From assembly GCF_004010195.1 (NCBI RefSeq), contig NW_025214932.1, forward strand, positions 17,311 through 55,336: a stretch of 38,026 bases of DNA, written 5' to 3'. The stretch comes from Chiloscyllium plagiosum (Eukaryota). Made by a program: the position numbers and the translations under genes. Positions within the stretch are counted from its first letter, which is position 1, and each line of letters starts with the position of its first letter. This document shows, piece by piece, positions 1-12,209 of this stretch. A model generated the notes under the pieces. It was given only the letters and a program-made list of their open reading frames with translations, was not told the origin of the DNA and made no database searches.

Positions 1-240
1 TCTCACACTCTCTCTCACACTCTCACTCTCTCTCTCTCTCGCACGCTCTCTCTCGCACGCTCTCTCTCGCACGCGCTCGCTCGCTCTCTCTCGCTCTCTC
101 ACTCTCACACACACGCATACACACACACATACGCGCACACACACATGCGCACACACACATGCGCGCACACACATACACACATACACATACATACATACAC
201 ATACACATGATTTCTCTCTCAGACAGACAGACACACACAT
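1..240. repeat. Compound (CT)n/(CA)n microsatellite
   Basis: Runs of tctctc, cacaca and cgca/cata variants; explains the low-complexity ORF 23..328. Confidence 0.97.
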
Positions 241-758
241 GTTTATATTTTCCCGGATATCCCTTGAAACACAGTCCTGTATAAAACATATCTCCTTGTA
301 ATTTGGGAATCCATAAGGTCCCCAACAATATTCAGCCATATACATGCGGTACCAAGCAGAATGAGACAGACTATATAATAACATAGGAGGAAACATTAGT
401 AAGTTCACAACTTTAATGCCACTTAGCCTGCTCTGGCAGATAAGTCACACAATAAGGCTCACACAATAAGGATGCTTTGTTACACAATTTACAGAAGGAC
501 CACTGGCATATTCAGAACTGTCGCTCGAAAAGATTCAATGTGTTTGGCAGAGTAAAGAAATGGGTAGGAAATTTTGTGAAGAAGTAGATATAATTTAGTT
601 ACTAATTGCCCTCTTTTGAGATGCACTAAAAATAGTTAATGTATTCCATCAGCATCAAGAGTGAATTCAATTGTAATTTCATATTTGTCACATGACTTAG
701 GATTTGATCATCCAGTCTAATGAATTGATTAATAGGCACCATTAGTAATGAGGTTAAG

Positions 759-1058
759 GAAACGGTGGCACAGTGGTTAGCACTGCTGCCTCACAGCATC
801 AAAGACCCAGGTTCAATTCCCGCCTTAGTTTGCACATTCTCCCCGTGTCTGCGTAGGTTTCCTCCGGGTGCTCCGGTTTCCTCCCATAGTCCAAAAAAAA
901 TGTGTAGGTTAGGTGAATTGGCCGTGCTAAATTGTCCGTAGTGTTAGGTGAAGGGGTAAATGTAGGGGAATGGGTTTGGGTGAGTTGCTCTTCGGAGGGT
1001 CGGTGTGGACTTGTTGGGCCGAAGGGCCTGTTTCCACACTGTAAGTAATCTAATCTAA
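759..1058 (+). mobile_element. HE1-type tRNA-derived V-SINE, near full length
   Basis: A-box ggtggcacagtggttag and B-box ggttcaattccc; V-domain tttgcacattctccccgtgtctgcgtaggtttcctccgggtgctccggtttcctccca; CR1/HER1-like tail gggccgaagggcctgtttccacactgta ending in (taatc)n. Confidence 0.9.
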
Positions 1059-1705
1059 CTGTGAAAAGCAAGAAATAGTTCCATTAAATAAAACTTCAAA
1101 ATCTGCTACAAAAATGAGAATGAGGATCACCTTTAGGACACATTTCCTTCACTCCCACCATGATCAGCAACATTTACAGTGTGGAACCAGGCACTGGTGT
1201 TCAGTGATTACTCTGATTTTTCATAGTAGTATGAAATTGCTCAAAATGTAAAGGCTTGTCAAACTACCAAACCACATCTTAATAGCTCTATCCCTGAAGT
1301 GTGTCAAGGAACTTCAAGAGTTAGGATTTGTTTCTGGAATCTATAGTGTGTCACTCCATTAATCAGATATTTTTATTGAGTCATGTTGTAGGAAAGAGCA
1401 TTAAAATCTCACTCCTACATGCAATATTTTTATTTTGTGGTGATTCTGTTGTGCCCAGTGGAATGTTGGGGTAAGCATTTGAAGAACCAGTAGCTCTTCA
1501 CTGGTACCAACATGTGTGGCTTATCTTTCCATAGAAATTTCATTAATGATATTAATGTTGATTACGAGGCTATATTTTAATGTAAAATTTTAGTTATTCA
1601 AGAGAAAAATCTGAATGTGGTTTATCATAAGTTTTGTGTACCTTTCTTTGTAACTGCTAACTACTGTTATGGCCTTCACTAGCACTCTGATGATTAATGC
1701 TCTTT

Positions 1706-1770
1706 AGATTAAAGATAAAGTTGCCACAGTCCTATCAGACCATAGGGGTGTCATCTCATTAGAGAGATAG
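1706..1770 (-). mobile_element. 3' fragment of the SINE family seen at 17300-17500
   Basis: taaagttgccacagtcctatcagaccataggggtgtcatctcattagagaga aligns by eye with taaagtcggacagagtcttaccagaccatagagctgctctctgttagagag near 17307. Confidence 0.6.
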
Positions 1771-2009
1771 GCGATAACTTCCTTCGATAACTTACAGCTA
1801 ATCTGAAATCTTTGCTGCTTTTACTGCTTGCCATTGGAATAGAATTGGGTGGGGGGGAGGGGTGGAGTTGAAGGTTCATATTCAACCTGTTTGGTCATGT
1901 TATGAATGCACTTTACTAGATCGTGAAATCTTGTGGTGGGTTCAGAGGCAAGAATGCTGCTCATTGCACCACACGATTGTTCTGTTTTAATACAAGTATG
2001 AAGGCTAGT

Positions 2010-2205
2010 ATCAAGGTGTGGCCTCACCAAAGCCCTGTACAATTGTAGCAAGGCTTATTTGTTCTTGTAGTCTAATCCCCTTATCATAAAGGCCAACATA
2101 CCATTCACTTAATTGCGTACTGTACCTGCATGCCAAACGTTTGTGTTCCTTGTACAGGTACACTTAAGTTTTTCTGAATGTCTATGTTTACATATTTCAT
2201 GCCTT
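2010..2205 (-). mobile_element. CR1 LINE ORF2 fragment
   Basis: Minus-strand translation LQLYRALVRPHL, a typical post-RT CR1 motif. Confidence 0.8.
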
Positions 2206-2824
2206 TAAAAAAAACACTGCTTTCTTACGTGACATCCAGAAAGACTGGATTATTGGCAAATATTATAGAGCATAGCATGTCATGAGTAGAAAGTGCAATT
2301 AGCAAAAGAATAAATCAATGCATGCTGGTGTCCTTTCCCTCAGCTGCATGGTTGAAATTTTGAGAAGAAACCATCTTTAATTTGTCTCCCTTCAATAAAT
2401 TAATATTGCAGTTGAGCAAAGCACAAAACGCAAGAGTGTGCAGATTCGCAGAGTTAGGGAGGGCCACAAAACCAGAGGGGAGAAACCCCACAGCAACCTG
2501 AGCCAGTGATTACTTGATCATTAATGTATGATTTGGTGCATAGGCTGCAGTTATCTTCTAAGTTTATGATAATTTTTCCATTCTGTTGAGCTCCCACCTT
2601 ATTCATTTATTAGTATCACAGAAAACAGAAAAATCTGTTTTGGATTGCAGATACCACAGTTGGGTTTTGAGAGTCCGTCTTTGTTTCCAGCTTTATGCTG
2701 GCTTGGGGTGGGGCATTAATTTGATGTAACACTTCAGGGGTAATCTGACTGGATTGGTGGTGCTGGAAGAGCATAGCAGTTCAGGCTGACCTGACTTTCT
2801 CAGTTTCCTGGGAAATGTTGAATA

Positions 2825-2965
2825 GATTTGTTCCAGATTCCCCCAACCATTGAGAACATCCTTTTCACACCTGCCCTGGCACACCCCTTCATTATCTTCC
2901 AAGATTTTCATGAGATTGCCTTTCATTTTACTAAACACCAGAGAATGTAGACCCAATTTACTCAG
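2825..2965 (-). mobile_element. CR1 LINE ORF2 C-terminal fragment
   Basis: GLHSLVFSKMKGNLMKI resembles the CR1 motif GLFSLE.RR.RGDLI. Confidence 0.7.
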
Positions 2966-3879
2966 CCGTCAAAGTCCGTATCCGCTCAAAGGCAACATGT
3001 ATAATTGGGAGGAAAGAGAGGACAGCTTGAATGTTAGCAATGTCTTCATCCTTCAGCTCTGAATGTAGTTTCTGATTATATGTTTCTTGGTTTAGTAGTG
3101 TGCTGGATTTGCAGATTCCTGACCTGCAAGGGTTCTTGGTGGGATTTGAAGTCTCCCCAAACGAATTCACTGACCCAGTTAAAATCGGACCTATTCTGAA
3201 TATCACCAATAGTTGGCCTCCAGTAAAATCAAATGGACTTTATCATTGCAGTTGACTGTGTAAGTTAAACATTGTGGCACAGGAGTTAGTATTATGAGTA
3301 AATTCCGTAACAAAGTGATTGAACAGAAACAGTTTTAAAACCTTCCAATAATTGACTGCTAGAAGACACAAAAGTTTGACATTAGTGTACTTATGGTAGT
3401 TAAGTGAATGTATTGAGAAAATTATGGTGAGGGTCCTCTTTATATACTTTAGTTTCTTAATAGAATGAATTACAGCATTAAGAGCCAGTCATGTTTACCT
3501 AACTACATTAGCCATGGATACTGCGTGGCCAATACTCACAACCTTACAAGGCCACATTGTTGCTGCCACAGTATAAATAAACAGTTCCTTCCATAACGCC
3601 TGACCACACCCAAAAAATAAAAAATATCTTAAGTTAACAGTCTCAAAATCACTAACCTATATTGTCAGTTCTTGTACTATATTGCTCAAAATGTCTGAGA
3701 AGTACTTTAAAACACTAATATTTCAAACATATCTCAACAATAAATAACAAAATCCTTGTGTGTAAAAGATCCCAGTGAAACAGCAGAAACAAAATAGTTT
3801 AAAAACTCAATGAAAGCATTGTATTAAAATTAAGTATACAAAACAATCTATGTCAATGATTTAGATGAAGGGACTGCTA

Positions 3880-4398
3880 GCTACATTTCCTGATAGCACA
3901 AAGATAGGCAAGGAAGTAAGATGAGGAACAGAGTCTGCAAAAGGGAGATGAATGCATAAATAACAGGCAGAAATTTGACAGATGTGGGAAAATGTGAACT
4001 TGTCCAATTCGACTGAAAGAATAGAGAATCACTGTAGTATTTAAATGGACAGAGAATGCAGAGGTCATGATACCGAGGGATCTTAGTATTCTGGTACATG
4101 GATCTCAAAAATTAATATGCAGGTACAAGTGATTGGGAAGGAAAATGGATCATGAACATTTATTACAAGGAGAATGTAATATAAAAGTAGGAAAGTTTTT
4201 CAATAGCGATAAAATTTAGTATTGAGACTAAATCTGAATTGTGTAGAGTTTTGGTCTCCTTATTTAAAAACTACATGCAATTGTGCTCAAAATAGTTCAG
4301 AGAATATTCATGCCACATTCCTGTAATGAAGGGCTTATCTTATGAAGAAGAGTTGAACTCGTGTGCCTTTACCCATTGGAACTTAGAATGAAGGTGAT
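3880..4398 (+). mobile_element. Decayed CR1 LINE RT fragment (5' part; interrupted)
   Basis: tttcctgatagcacaaagatagg (FADDTK-like), gagggatcttagtattctggtacat (RDLG.LVH-like), ttttggtctccttattt (FWSPY); resumes near 5140 after an inserted LINE. Confidence 0.8.
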
Positions 4399-5105
4399 TT
4401 TTAAAAAATCAATAATGGGATGTGGGTGTCGCTGACTGAGCCAGCATTCATCATTGTCAATAGTCATTGCTCTTGAGAAGGTTTTGGTGAACTGCCTTCT
4501 TGAATTGTTGCAGCCAATTAGGGAGGGAATGCCAGGATTTTGACCCAGCAACAGTGAAGGAATGGTGATTTATTTCCAAGTCAGGATGGTGAGTAGCTTA
4601 GAAAGGAATTTTCAGGTTGGTGTGCTTTCATGTATCTACTGCCCTTGTCCTTCTAGATTGAAGTGGTTGTGGGTTTTGAAGTTGCTGTCTCAAGAAACTT
4701 TTGAGAATTTCTGCAGTGCAACATGTAGATGGTACACACTTAGCATCGTGTGGAGGGAGTGACTGTTTGTGGATGTAGTGCCAATCAAGCAGGCTGCCTG
4801 TCCAGGACAAGCTTCTTGACTGTTGTTGGATCTGCACCCATCCAGGCAACTGGGGAGTATTCCATCGCACTCCTGATTCGTTCCTTATAGATTGTGGGCA
4901 GGCTTTGGAGAGTCTACAGGATTCTTAGCTTCTGGCCTGTTTTTGTAGTCACTGTATTCATATTGTGAGTCCAGTTGAGTTTCTGGTCAATGATAACCCC
5001 CAGGATGTTGATAGTGGGGGATTCAGTGATGGTCGTGCCATTGAACATCATGGAGCAATGTCTAGATTCTCTCGTTGGAGAGCATTGCCATTGCTTGGCA
5101 AAGAA
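4399..5105 (-). mobile_element. 3' part of an L2/CR1-group LINE inserted into the CR1 copy
   Basis: Minus ORF ESPTINILGVIIDQKLNWT (LGV..D..L.W motif downstream of RT); its 3' tail gggatgtgggtgtcgctg...gccagcatt is shared with the SINE at 32909. Confidence 0.8.
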
Positions 5106-5139
5106 CAATTATACCACACAAGTGCCTATTGTCTGCCTT

Positions 5140-5460
5140 TACTGAAACAAGATCCTGAGGGGACTTGATAGGTGGGATATACTGGGAGCATATCTCCACT
5201 TGTTGGGGACACTAAAACCAAGGGACACAGTTTATGAATAAGAGGCCTTGTTTGTAAAATAAAGATAATAGAATCTTTTCTCTGAGGCTGTGGTCTTTGA
5301 ATTTATTCAAGGCTGAGTTACGTTTTTCATAGGTAAGGGAGTCATCAGTTTGGGGGAACAGACTGGAAAGTGATATTGAGACCACAACAAGATGAGCCAC
5401 AATCTTATTGAATGTCACGGTTGGTTTGAAGGGTGTGAATGGATTCTCCTGCTCCTGTGT
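5140..5460 (+). mobile_element. CR1 LINE 3' end (continuation of 3880-4398)
   Basis: aaccagggacacagttt (T.GH-like), gatgagccacaatcttattgaatg and the ctcctgctcctg CR1 3' tail. Confidence 0.75.
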
Positions 5461-7422
5461 ACCTGAAACACAATTCCTTACTTTAATAGGAAATGCTTAA
5501 TTAATCAGTTGATAACATTAAGTTTGAGTACATCTTCAGTAGTTATGTATTGCCTGTCACTTCCCTCAGTTTATAATCTGTTGAAGGATCTTATTCTTTT
5601 GAAAAGTACTTGAGTACAAAGTTGATAGAATGGTTTTCAATGTAAACTGGTTCCCTCTGCAGGTCAAATCAATGAAAGGTAGAAGTAGTTAGCAATAAAC
5701 TCAGTAATTATTTCTTCATTCAGGTCAATCCAAAAACAAACCCAGAGTATTCGTTTTAGGAATATATATTATATTTTGTATAAGATTGAACTCATTAATG
5801 TTCAAAATGATCTGTCACTTTAAAGAAAGAAACACCAAGCTGATACAGGTTCCTTGTGTTCTGTGCTTTCAGAATACTTGTGCCAAATATTTTACTTACT
5901 GGTGTTAACAGCCAGAAGGGCGTGCCCAGGCTGCCTGGCAGCAGGCTGAGGGAGGTGGCTAGACGCTCATATATACTGTAGTTGTATCTGGTGGGGGAAG
6001 TGCCTATAATTCCCTGGCAGTCTAGGTAAGCTTTTTGTTCTGCTTATGCTACTGGTTTGCTAAGGGGCAATGTTAAATTCAGGTTGTCCAAAATCACATA
6101 TTAACCCTAAAGTTACGCAAAAACAGCTGGGATTTTCACTGTTCAACTCATTAATTTGACAAGAATGATTACTTTGTACCAGATATGGGTTTCCTTAGTT
6201 AAACCTACAAATGACAAGGAAATCAATCTACCATAATAATTGTTAATCTGTCTTGACAAAGAACCTAATGTAAGGGTCATGTAAAAGTTCAAGTTAATAA
6301 TGACAACATAATTATCTTTGTGCTTAGCTTTAAGAATTTGATTTGCTTGTCAGCGACAGGAAAGGAGTATTGTTATAAAATTTTGCAAACACTAGGAAAA
6401 GTTTTTTTGATTTTATGTAAGTGCAATATTTAACATTTGAGAGAAATGAGGAGATAAATACGAGGAACCTTCTAGGCATTGTCAATGATAATAAGCATGC
6501 AGTTTGTTTTCTACATTCCCAAATTTATATCAGGACTCTGTACATGCACCAGAGGCAATATGGTACCTTTTGGGGGGGATAAAGGGTTTCATTCAGTTCC
6601 CATGAATAATAGACCGGGTTTAACTGAACTGGAACAAGGAAAACAGGGTTTGCTATCGCAATAAAATCTGCATTCCCATAAGGTGTCACTTGTTCATTTG
6701 TGCAAACAGCAGCAAACTCAAAGAAAAACATTAAATCTGGATTGGGCATTTAAGAGGATTGTTCTCCTAACTAAAGAACGCTCATCAGTGTCAGTCAGCA
6801 TACAAATGGCAAGCAGCCAATGATCATTTCCTCAAACCCCCCTGACCCGAGCTGGCCCAGCTGCCCATGTAAATAAGGCTGTTTAAAATGTGCAAATGCC
6901 TCTCCCTGGTTTCACTCCACCTCAGCCAGCCAGAGCGGTTTCCTGCTCTTTGTTTCAAGGCTGATGTTTGCGTCATGCATTCCAAGTGCTATTTCAATGT
7001 TCTTTCCTGTTTAGGTTGTTTTCTACTAGAGGAGCTGCAGGCCTGTCCCTGCCCTGTCCCACCCTCTCAGCCCCAGTCCTTCCTTCCTTCCCCCAGACTC
7101 GTTATCTTTTGACGCGTTCTGTACTGATGGTCAAATCTGGCTCTGTTCTTTTTGGTCAGGAAAGATGAAGCTTCTCACGAGATAACAATCTGATTTTAAA
7201 CTGGACAAAGTATTGCTGTACAGTTACTTTCTTATTGGCAGGAAAGTCAATGCACCTGGTATTCTGGGAGTTGAGAAAAATTAAGGAAGTGTCCAGTTGT
7301 TGTAAGTCAGTTTATAATGTGTGAAGTGTTTGGGAAATGATTTTCCTAACTTTATTTCTAAAAAGACATTTGGCTGCAATATTGTAATTGAAATTAAAAG
7401 AAGTCCCTGTTTTTTTCCCAAG

Positions 7423-7469
7423 GAAGGAACTGTTGACTGTGAAGGGGACAATATTAGTTAAGAGCCGAG
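7423..7469 (+). other. Candidate short (or first) non-coding exon
   Basis: ctgtttttttcccaag acceptor-like site and strong donor GAG|gtaagt at 7470, in a stretch with no recognised repeats. Confidence 0.25.
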
Positions 7470-8179
7470 GTAAGTGCTTTGATTTAATTACCTTGATCCT
7501 CCCAGGATATACTGCATTTTATTGTGCAGGAGCGGTTGTATTGCACCTATTGTAACACACAACCAAGCTACCTTTCATGAAGACTGTTATTTAACTTTAT
7601 CGCTGCTTTAACATTTTGTTTTTTGGGTAGTTTTGCAACCAGTTCTCAAAGTGCACATCCTGTGTAGCCTGCAACAAGCACGGAGTGAAGGCACTGGTTT
7701 TATTTGAGCAAACCAATATTTTAGAAAAAAATGCCTTAATGAGCTTAATGAATCTGCCACATTCATTCGGGGTTTGCTTCTGGGTCTATGAGACCACACC
7801 ACTTGAGTTCATGGCACCAATACCACTCTAATGTAGGTGGAGCTTTAGTTTATTTATGGTTGGCAGAATGCCTTGAGGAGACAAGAGATCACACACAGTA
7901 TGTAGGGAAGCTTTGATCAGTTTTAAAAAACTTTACTGACTGAAATGTTTAACTGATTGAATACTAATTCCGTATAATTGCCATTTGACACTTTATAAGT
8001 ACACAAGCTTCATCCTAAATGTATACTTATCCATCTGTTCAACTTGGGCAGCTCAGAACAGGTTTTTAAAAAGTAAACAAGAATTAATACATTTTCATTC
8101 CCACCAGAGACACATGACGGTACAGATGGTGTGTCCACACTGTGAAACAAAAGAGAGAGCTCTGTTTAAAATTCTTTAG

Positions 8180-8602
8180 TGTGGATACTAACTGTGTACA
8201 ATTTTGGTCTCTATATAAGAAAAAGATATACTCATATGTGGAGAGACTACAGTGAGTATACTCTAAATTAGTCCCTGGTGTGAAGTAGTTGTCCTATGTT
8301 GAGAAGCTGAGCCCCTATGCCCTGGAGTTAAAAAGAATGAGAGGTGATCTCATTAAATGTTCAAGTTTGTGAATGAGCTTGATAAAGCTTGTGGATATTT
8401 AGAATTTGCCCCCAGAGATTTATGGAGCCTTCTTTTTCGAATACAATGAAAATTGGGAGTGACAGATTTTTGGTGTTTCAGGGAATCATGGGAAATGGGA
8501 ACAGGCTGAAATGTAAAGGTGAAGCCCAAGATTAACCATAATCGTTTGGATGGCAGATGTAGGCTCGACATGCCTCCCAGTCTGCTCCGGCTTCTGTTTC
8601 TC
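8180..8602 (+). mobile_element. CR1 LINE 3' fragment
   Basis: tgtgtacaattttggtct (CVQFWS), agaatgagaggtgatctcatt (RMRGDLI) and a CR1-type 3' UTR. Confidence 0.8.
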
Positions 8603-8811
8603 ATTTTGCAGTGATATTCAGATGGACCCCTTTGTGAACTTGACACCAATTACGTTCCAAAGACTGTCAAGTCCAAATGATTGAGTGGCAGAACTAGATT
8701 AGGAACTAACACTTGAATTACTCTGTCATAGTAGCATTACCTCAAACTGGAAGTAATTTCCTAATAATACAAAAGTAAACAAGTAGTCATTCGATATTAT
8801 ACGGCTTGATA

Positions 8812-9468
8812 GTTGGTGAAAAAAGACACATTTTGTCAATTTTTTTCTGTCCTGCACTCATCAGGATAGTTCATAAGAATACCAAATTCAACAGGAAAAC
8901 CAATATTTATACTGCAAGAGGAGAATGCTCATTGGTTGACAAATGGATTCTGATTTGTAGGGGCATTGTCATGGAGAATGATGAGTGATTGCTAACTGCC
9001 AAAGTTTGTTCAAATTTTAAAATTGACCATGATTGGTCAGGGATTGTCCTGAGAAATGAACCAGCTACTAACTGCCATCTATTTTGTTTCGGTGAAATAG
9101 GTGAAGTACATGTACATGTTCTTTTGTCTGCAAATAAAAGGGCCCTGTGTATGAATATTTAACTTCCAGTACATGAAAGTGCCATTCTGTAAAGCCGACT
9201 GGCAATCACACATTGGTTATCAGAGTATTCCAGGATTCAATTTAGGATTGTCAGTCAGGCTTATAGTGTGGTGCACGTTCGTGTACTGGAAGCTACACAT
9301 ATTAATAATTAACAAAATACACAATACCTCAACCACCCAGAGTTCAATTTCCAATCAATCCATATATCCTTCTCCTACAATATAACTGTGTTGAATTGAT
9401 ACCTCTTGTAAATAGTGCTGATGAGTGTAGGACCAAAGCTCCAATTCAATTTGTCTGTTTTCAGCAAT
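8812..9468. mobile_element. Old putative Penelope-type fold-back with inverted ~80-bp arms carrying degenerate hammerhead-like cores
   Basis: Reverse complement of 8812-8893 (tgttgaatttggtattcttatgaactatcctgatgagtgcaggacagaaa...tgtcttttttcaccaac) aligns with 9389-9468 (tgttgaattgatacctcttgtaaatagtgctgatgagtgtaggaccaaag...tgtctgttttcagcaat). Confidence 0.6.
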
Positions 9469-9752
9469 AGAAAAGTTGTAGTATAAAAGTACCATCAATT
9501 TGACATAACATCCAACTTGCCTTACTTTCTCATGTACAAGGTTGTACTTTAATCAAGTTGTGGCATTGATGTGCCTTCAGTCTGACAAATAAGCTGACCC
9601 AATAGCCTCATCTATCTCTTATTTCTTATGCTATGACAATGACATGATGATGTCACCTAGAATGTAGGCTCTTTGATTTTTCTGATCCAGTTGGAAATAT
9701 CAGCGTGTTGGAAATAAGTGTGATTGCTGCTATAAGGCATATATTTCTGGCA

Positions 9753-11965
9753 GGAGAAAGTAGGGACTGCAGATGCTGGAGACCACCTCAACTTGTCTAC
9801 CCCCCTCACCCACTCCAACCTTCTAGCCTCACAACGTGCAGCCCTCCACTCCCTCCACTCCAACCCCAACCTCGCCATCAAATCAGCAGAAAATGGGGGG
9901 GCACAGTGGTAGTTTGGTGCACCAGCCTCTACACTGCTGAAGCCAGGCGCCAACTCGCAGACACCTCCTCCAACGCCCCTTTGACCACGACCTCCCCTCC
10001 CATCATCAAACAATCATCTCCCAGACCATCCACAACCACATCTGTGTGTGTGTGTGTGTCTGTGTGTGTGTGTGTGAGAGTGTATGTGTGTCTGTGTCTG
10101 AGGATATCCCACCCACAGCCTCCAACCTCATTGTCCAGGAACCCCGCACCGCCTGATTCTACCTCCTACTGAAGATTCACAAACCTGACTACCTCGGCTG
10201 AGCCGCTGTCTCAGCCTGCTCCTGTCCAATTGAACTCATCTCTGCGTACCTTGACAATGTCCTGTCCCCCTTACTCCAGGAACTCCCCACCTATGTTCAG
10301 GACACCACCCACACCCTTCACCTTCTCCAAAACTTTTGTTTCCCTGGCCCCATACATCTTATCTTCACCATGGACATCCAGTCCCTGTACACCTCGATCT
10401 GCAACGACGAAAGCCTCCAAGCCCTCTTTCTTTCTCTCGTGCCTTTCCAACCAGTACCATTCAACTGATACTCTCATCAGCCTGGCTGAACTGGTCCTCA
10501 AACTCAACAACTTCTCCTTCCAATTGTCTCACCTCTCCAAACCAAAGGGGTAGCCATGGACACTCGCATGGACCCCAGCTATGCTGCCTCTTTGTTAGGT
10601 ACCTGGAACAATCCATCTACCGAAGTTGCACTGGCACCATCCCCCAACTTGTCCTCCGCTACATCGATGACTGTATTGGTGCTACCTCGTGCTCCCACGA
10701 AGAGGTTGAATGGTTCATCAACTTCACTAACACCTTTCAACCCGATCTCAAATTCACCTGAACCATGTTGGAAGACTCCCTCCCCTTCATTGACCTCTTT
10801 ATCTCCATCTCCGGCGACTGACTAATCACGGGCATTCACTAAACCCACCTACTCCCACAGCTATCTGGACTACATCACCTCCCACCCTGCCTCCCGTTAA
10901 AACCTCATCCCTTATTCCCAATTCCTCTGCCTCTGCCGCATCTGTTCCCAGGTTGACCAGTTCCAACATAGAAAATCTCAGATGGCCTCCTTCTTCAAAG
11001 ACCGCAATTTCCCCCTTCCATGTAGTCGATGATGCCCTCGAGCGCATCTCCTCCACTTCCTGCACCTCCCAATCACAACAAGGACAGAACCTGCCTGGTC
11101 CTCAACTTCTACCACACCAACCTCCGCATACATCGCATCATCCTCCGCCACTTCCGCCACCTACAAACAGACCCACCACTAGGGATGTATTTTTCTCCTC
11201 ACCCCTATCAGAGTTTCAGAGAGACTGTTCCCTCTGCGAAGTCCCTAGTTAGATGCTTGCCCACACCTCCCTCCTCACCTCCATTCAAGACCCAAAAGGA
11301 TCTTTCTACATCTGACAGAAATTTACCTGTACTTTCACACACATTATTTATTGTATCCATTGCACCCAATGTGGTCTCCTCTACATCGGGAAGAAAGGAC
11401 GCCAACTTGCAGATCGTTTCAGAGAGCGTCTCTGGAACACCCATACCAATCAACCCCATCGCCCAGTGGCTGAACACTTGAACTCCCACTCCCACTCCAC
11501 CAAGGACTGCAGATCCTGGGCCACCTCCATCGCCAAACCCTAACCACCTAAGGCCTGGAGAAAGAATACCTCCTCTTCCACCTTGGGACCCTGCAGCCAC
11601 ATGGAATTAATGCAGATTTCACCAGTTTCCTAATTTCTCCTACCCTCACCTTATTCCAGTCCCAAGCCTCCAACTCAACACCACCCTCTCAATCTGTCCA
11701 TCGTCTTTCCCATCTATCTGCTCCACTCTCCTCTCCGACTTATCACCTTCTTCCCCTCCTTCATCAACCTATTGCATGCGCATCTGCCTTCCCATTCCCC
11801 CCACCCCCACCACTCCCAAACTGCAGCCCCACATTCCTCCCATTTATCTCTCAACCCCCTGCCACAAACCTCATTCCTGGTGAAGGGCTTATGCCCGAAA
11901 CATCAATTCTCCTGCTCCTCAGATGCTGCCTGACCTGCTGTGCTTTTCCAGCACCACGTTCTCGA
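9753..11965 (+). mobile_element. Penelope-like retroelement (decayed RT plus GIY-YIG endonuclease) with 3' pLTR
   Basis: Frameshifted motifs FYLL.KIHKPD (~10158), GVAM.TRM.PSYA (~10550), RYIDDCIG (~10659) and IYCIHCTQCGLLYIG (~11345); 3' end carries the pLTR with a hammerhead-like core at 11877-11904; 9753-9782 is an inverted copy of the pLTR terminus. Confidence 0.92.
10041..10100. repeat. (TG)n microsatellite inside the Penelope element
   Basis: tctgtgtgtgtgtgtgtgtctgtgtgtg... run. Confidence 0.95.
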
Positions 11966-12209
11966 TATGTTTGACATTAAAGGAATAAAATGCTTGACAC
12001 ATGGAATGTACAACAAGGATAGTATAAAATAAAACTTGGGAAGACAGATTTCAAGTTCAAAATCTTTGCCCGAACTTAATCCTAGATCATGGTGATGATG
12101 CCAAAATCATGATTACACTGTATTCAGTTGACTGTTCTCTTCTGCCGAGACGTGCTAAGTTTGCATTAGAAATCATCTCAATTTTTCACCACAGAAATGT
12201 ATGTTTCAT

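Noticed and set aside
23..328. 101-aa ORF with CVCV/ERER repeats
   Set aside because: Translation of a microsatellite.
764..825. tRNA-like A and B boxes
   Set aside because: SINE head; no complete cloverleaf and it continues into the V-domain.
1772..1793. cgataactt repeated twice, superficially loxP-like
   Set aside because: Direct 9-bp duplication; lacks the 13-bp inverted arms and spacer of loxP.
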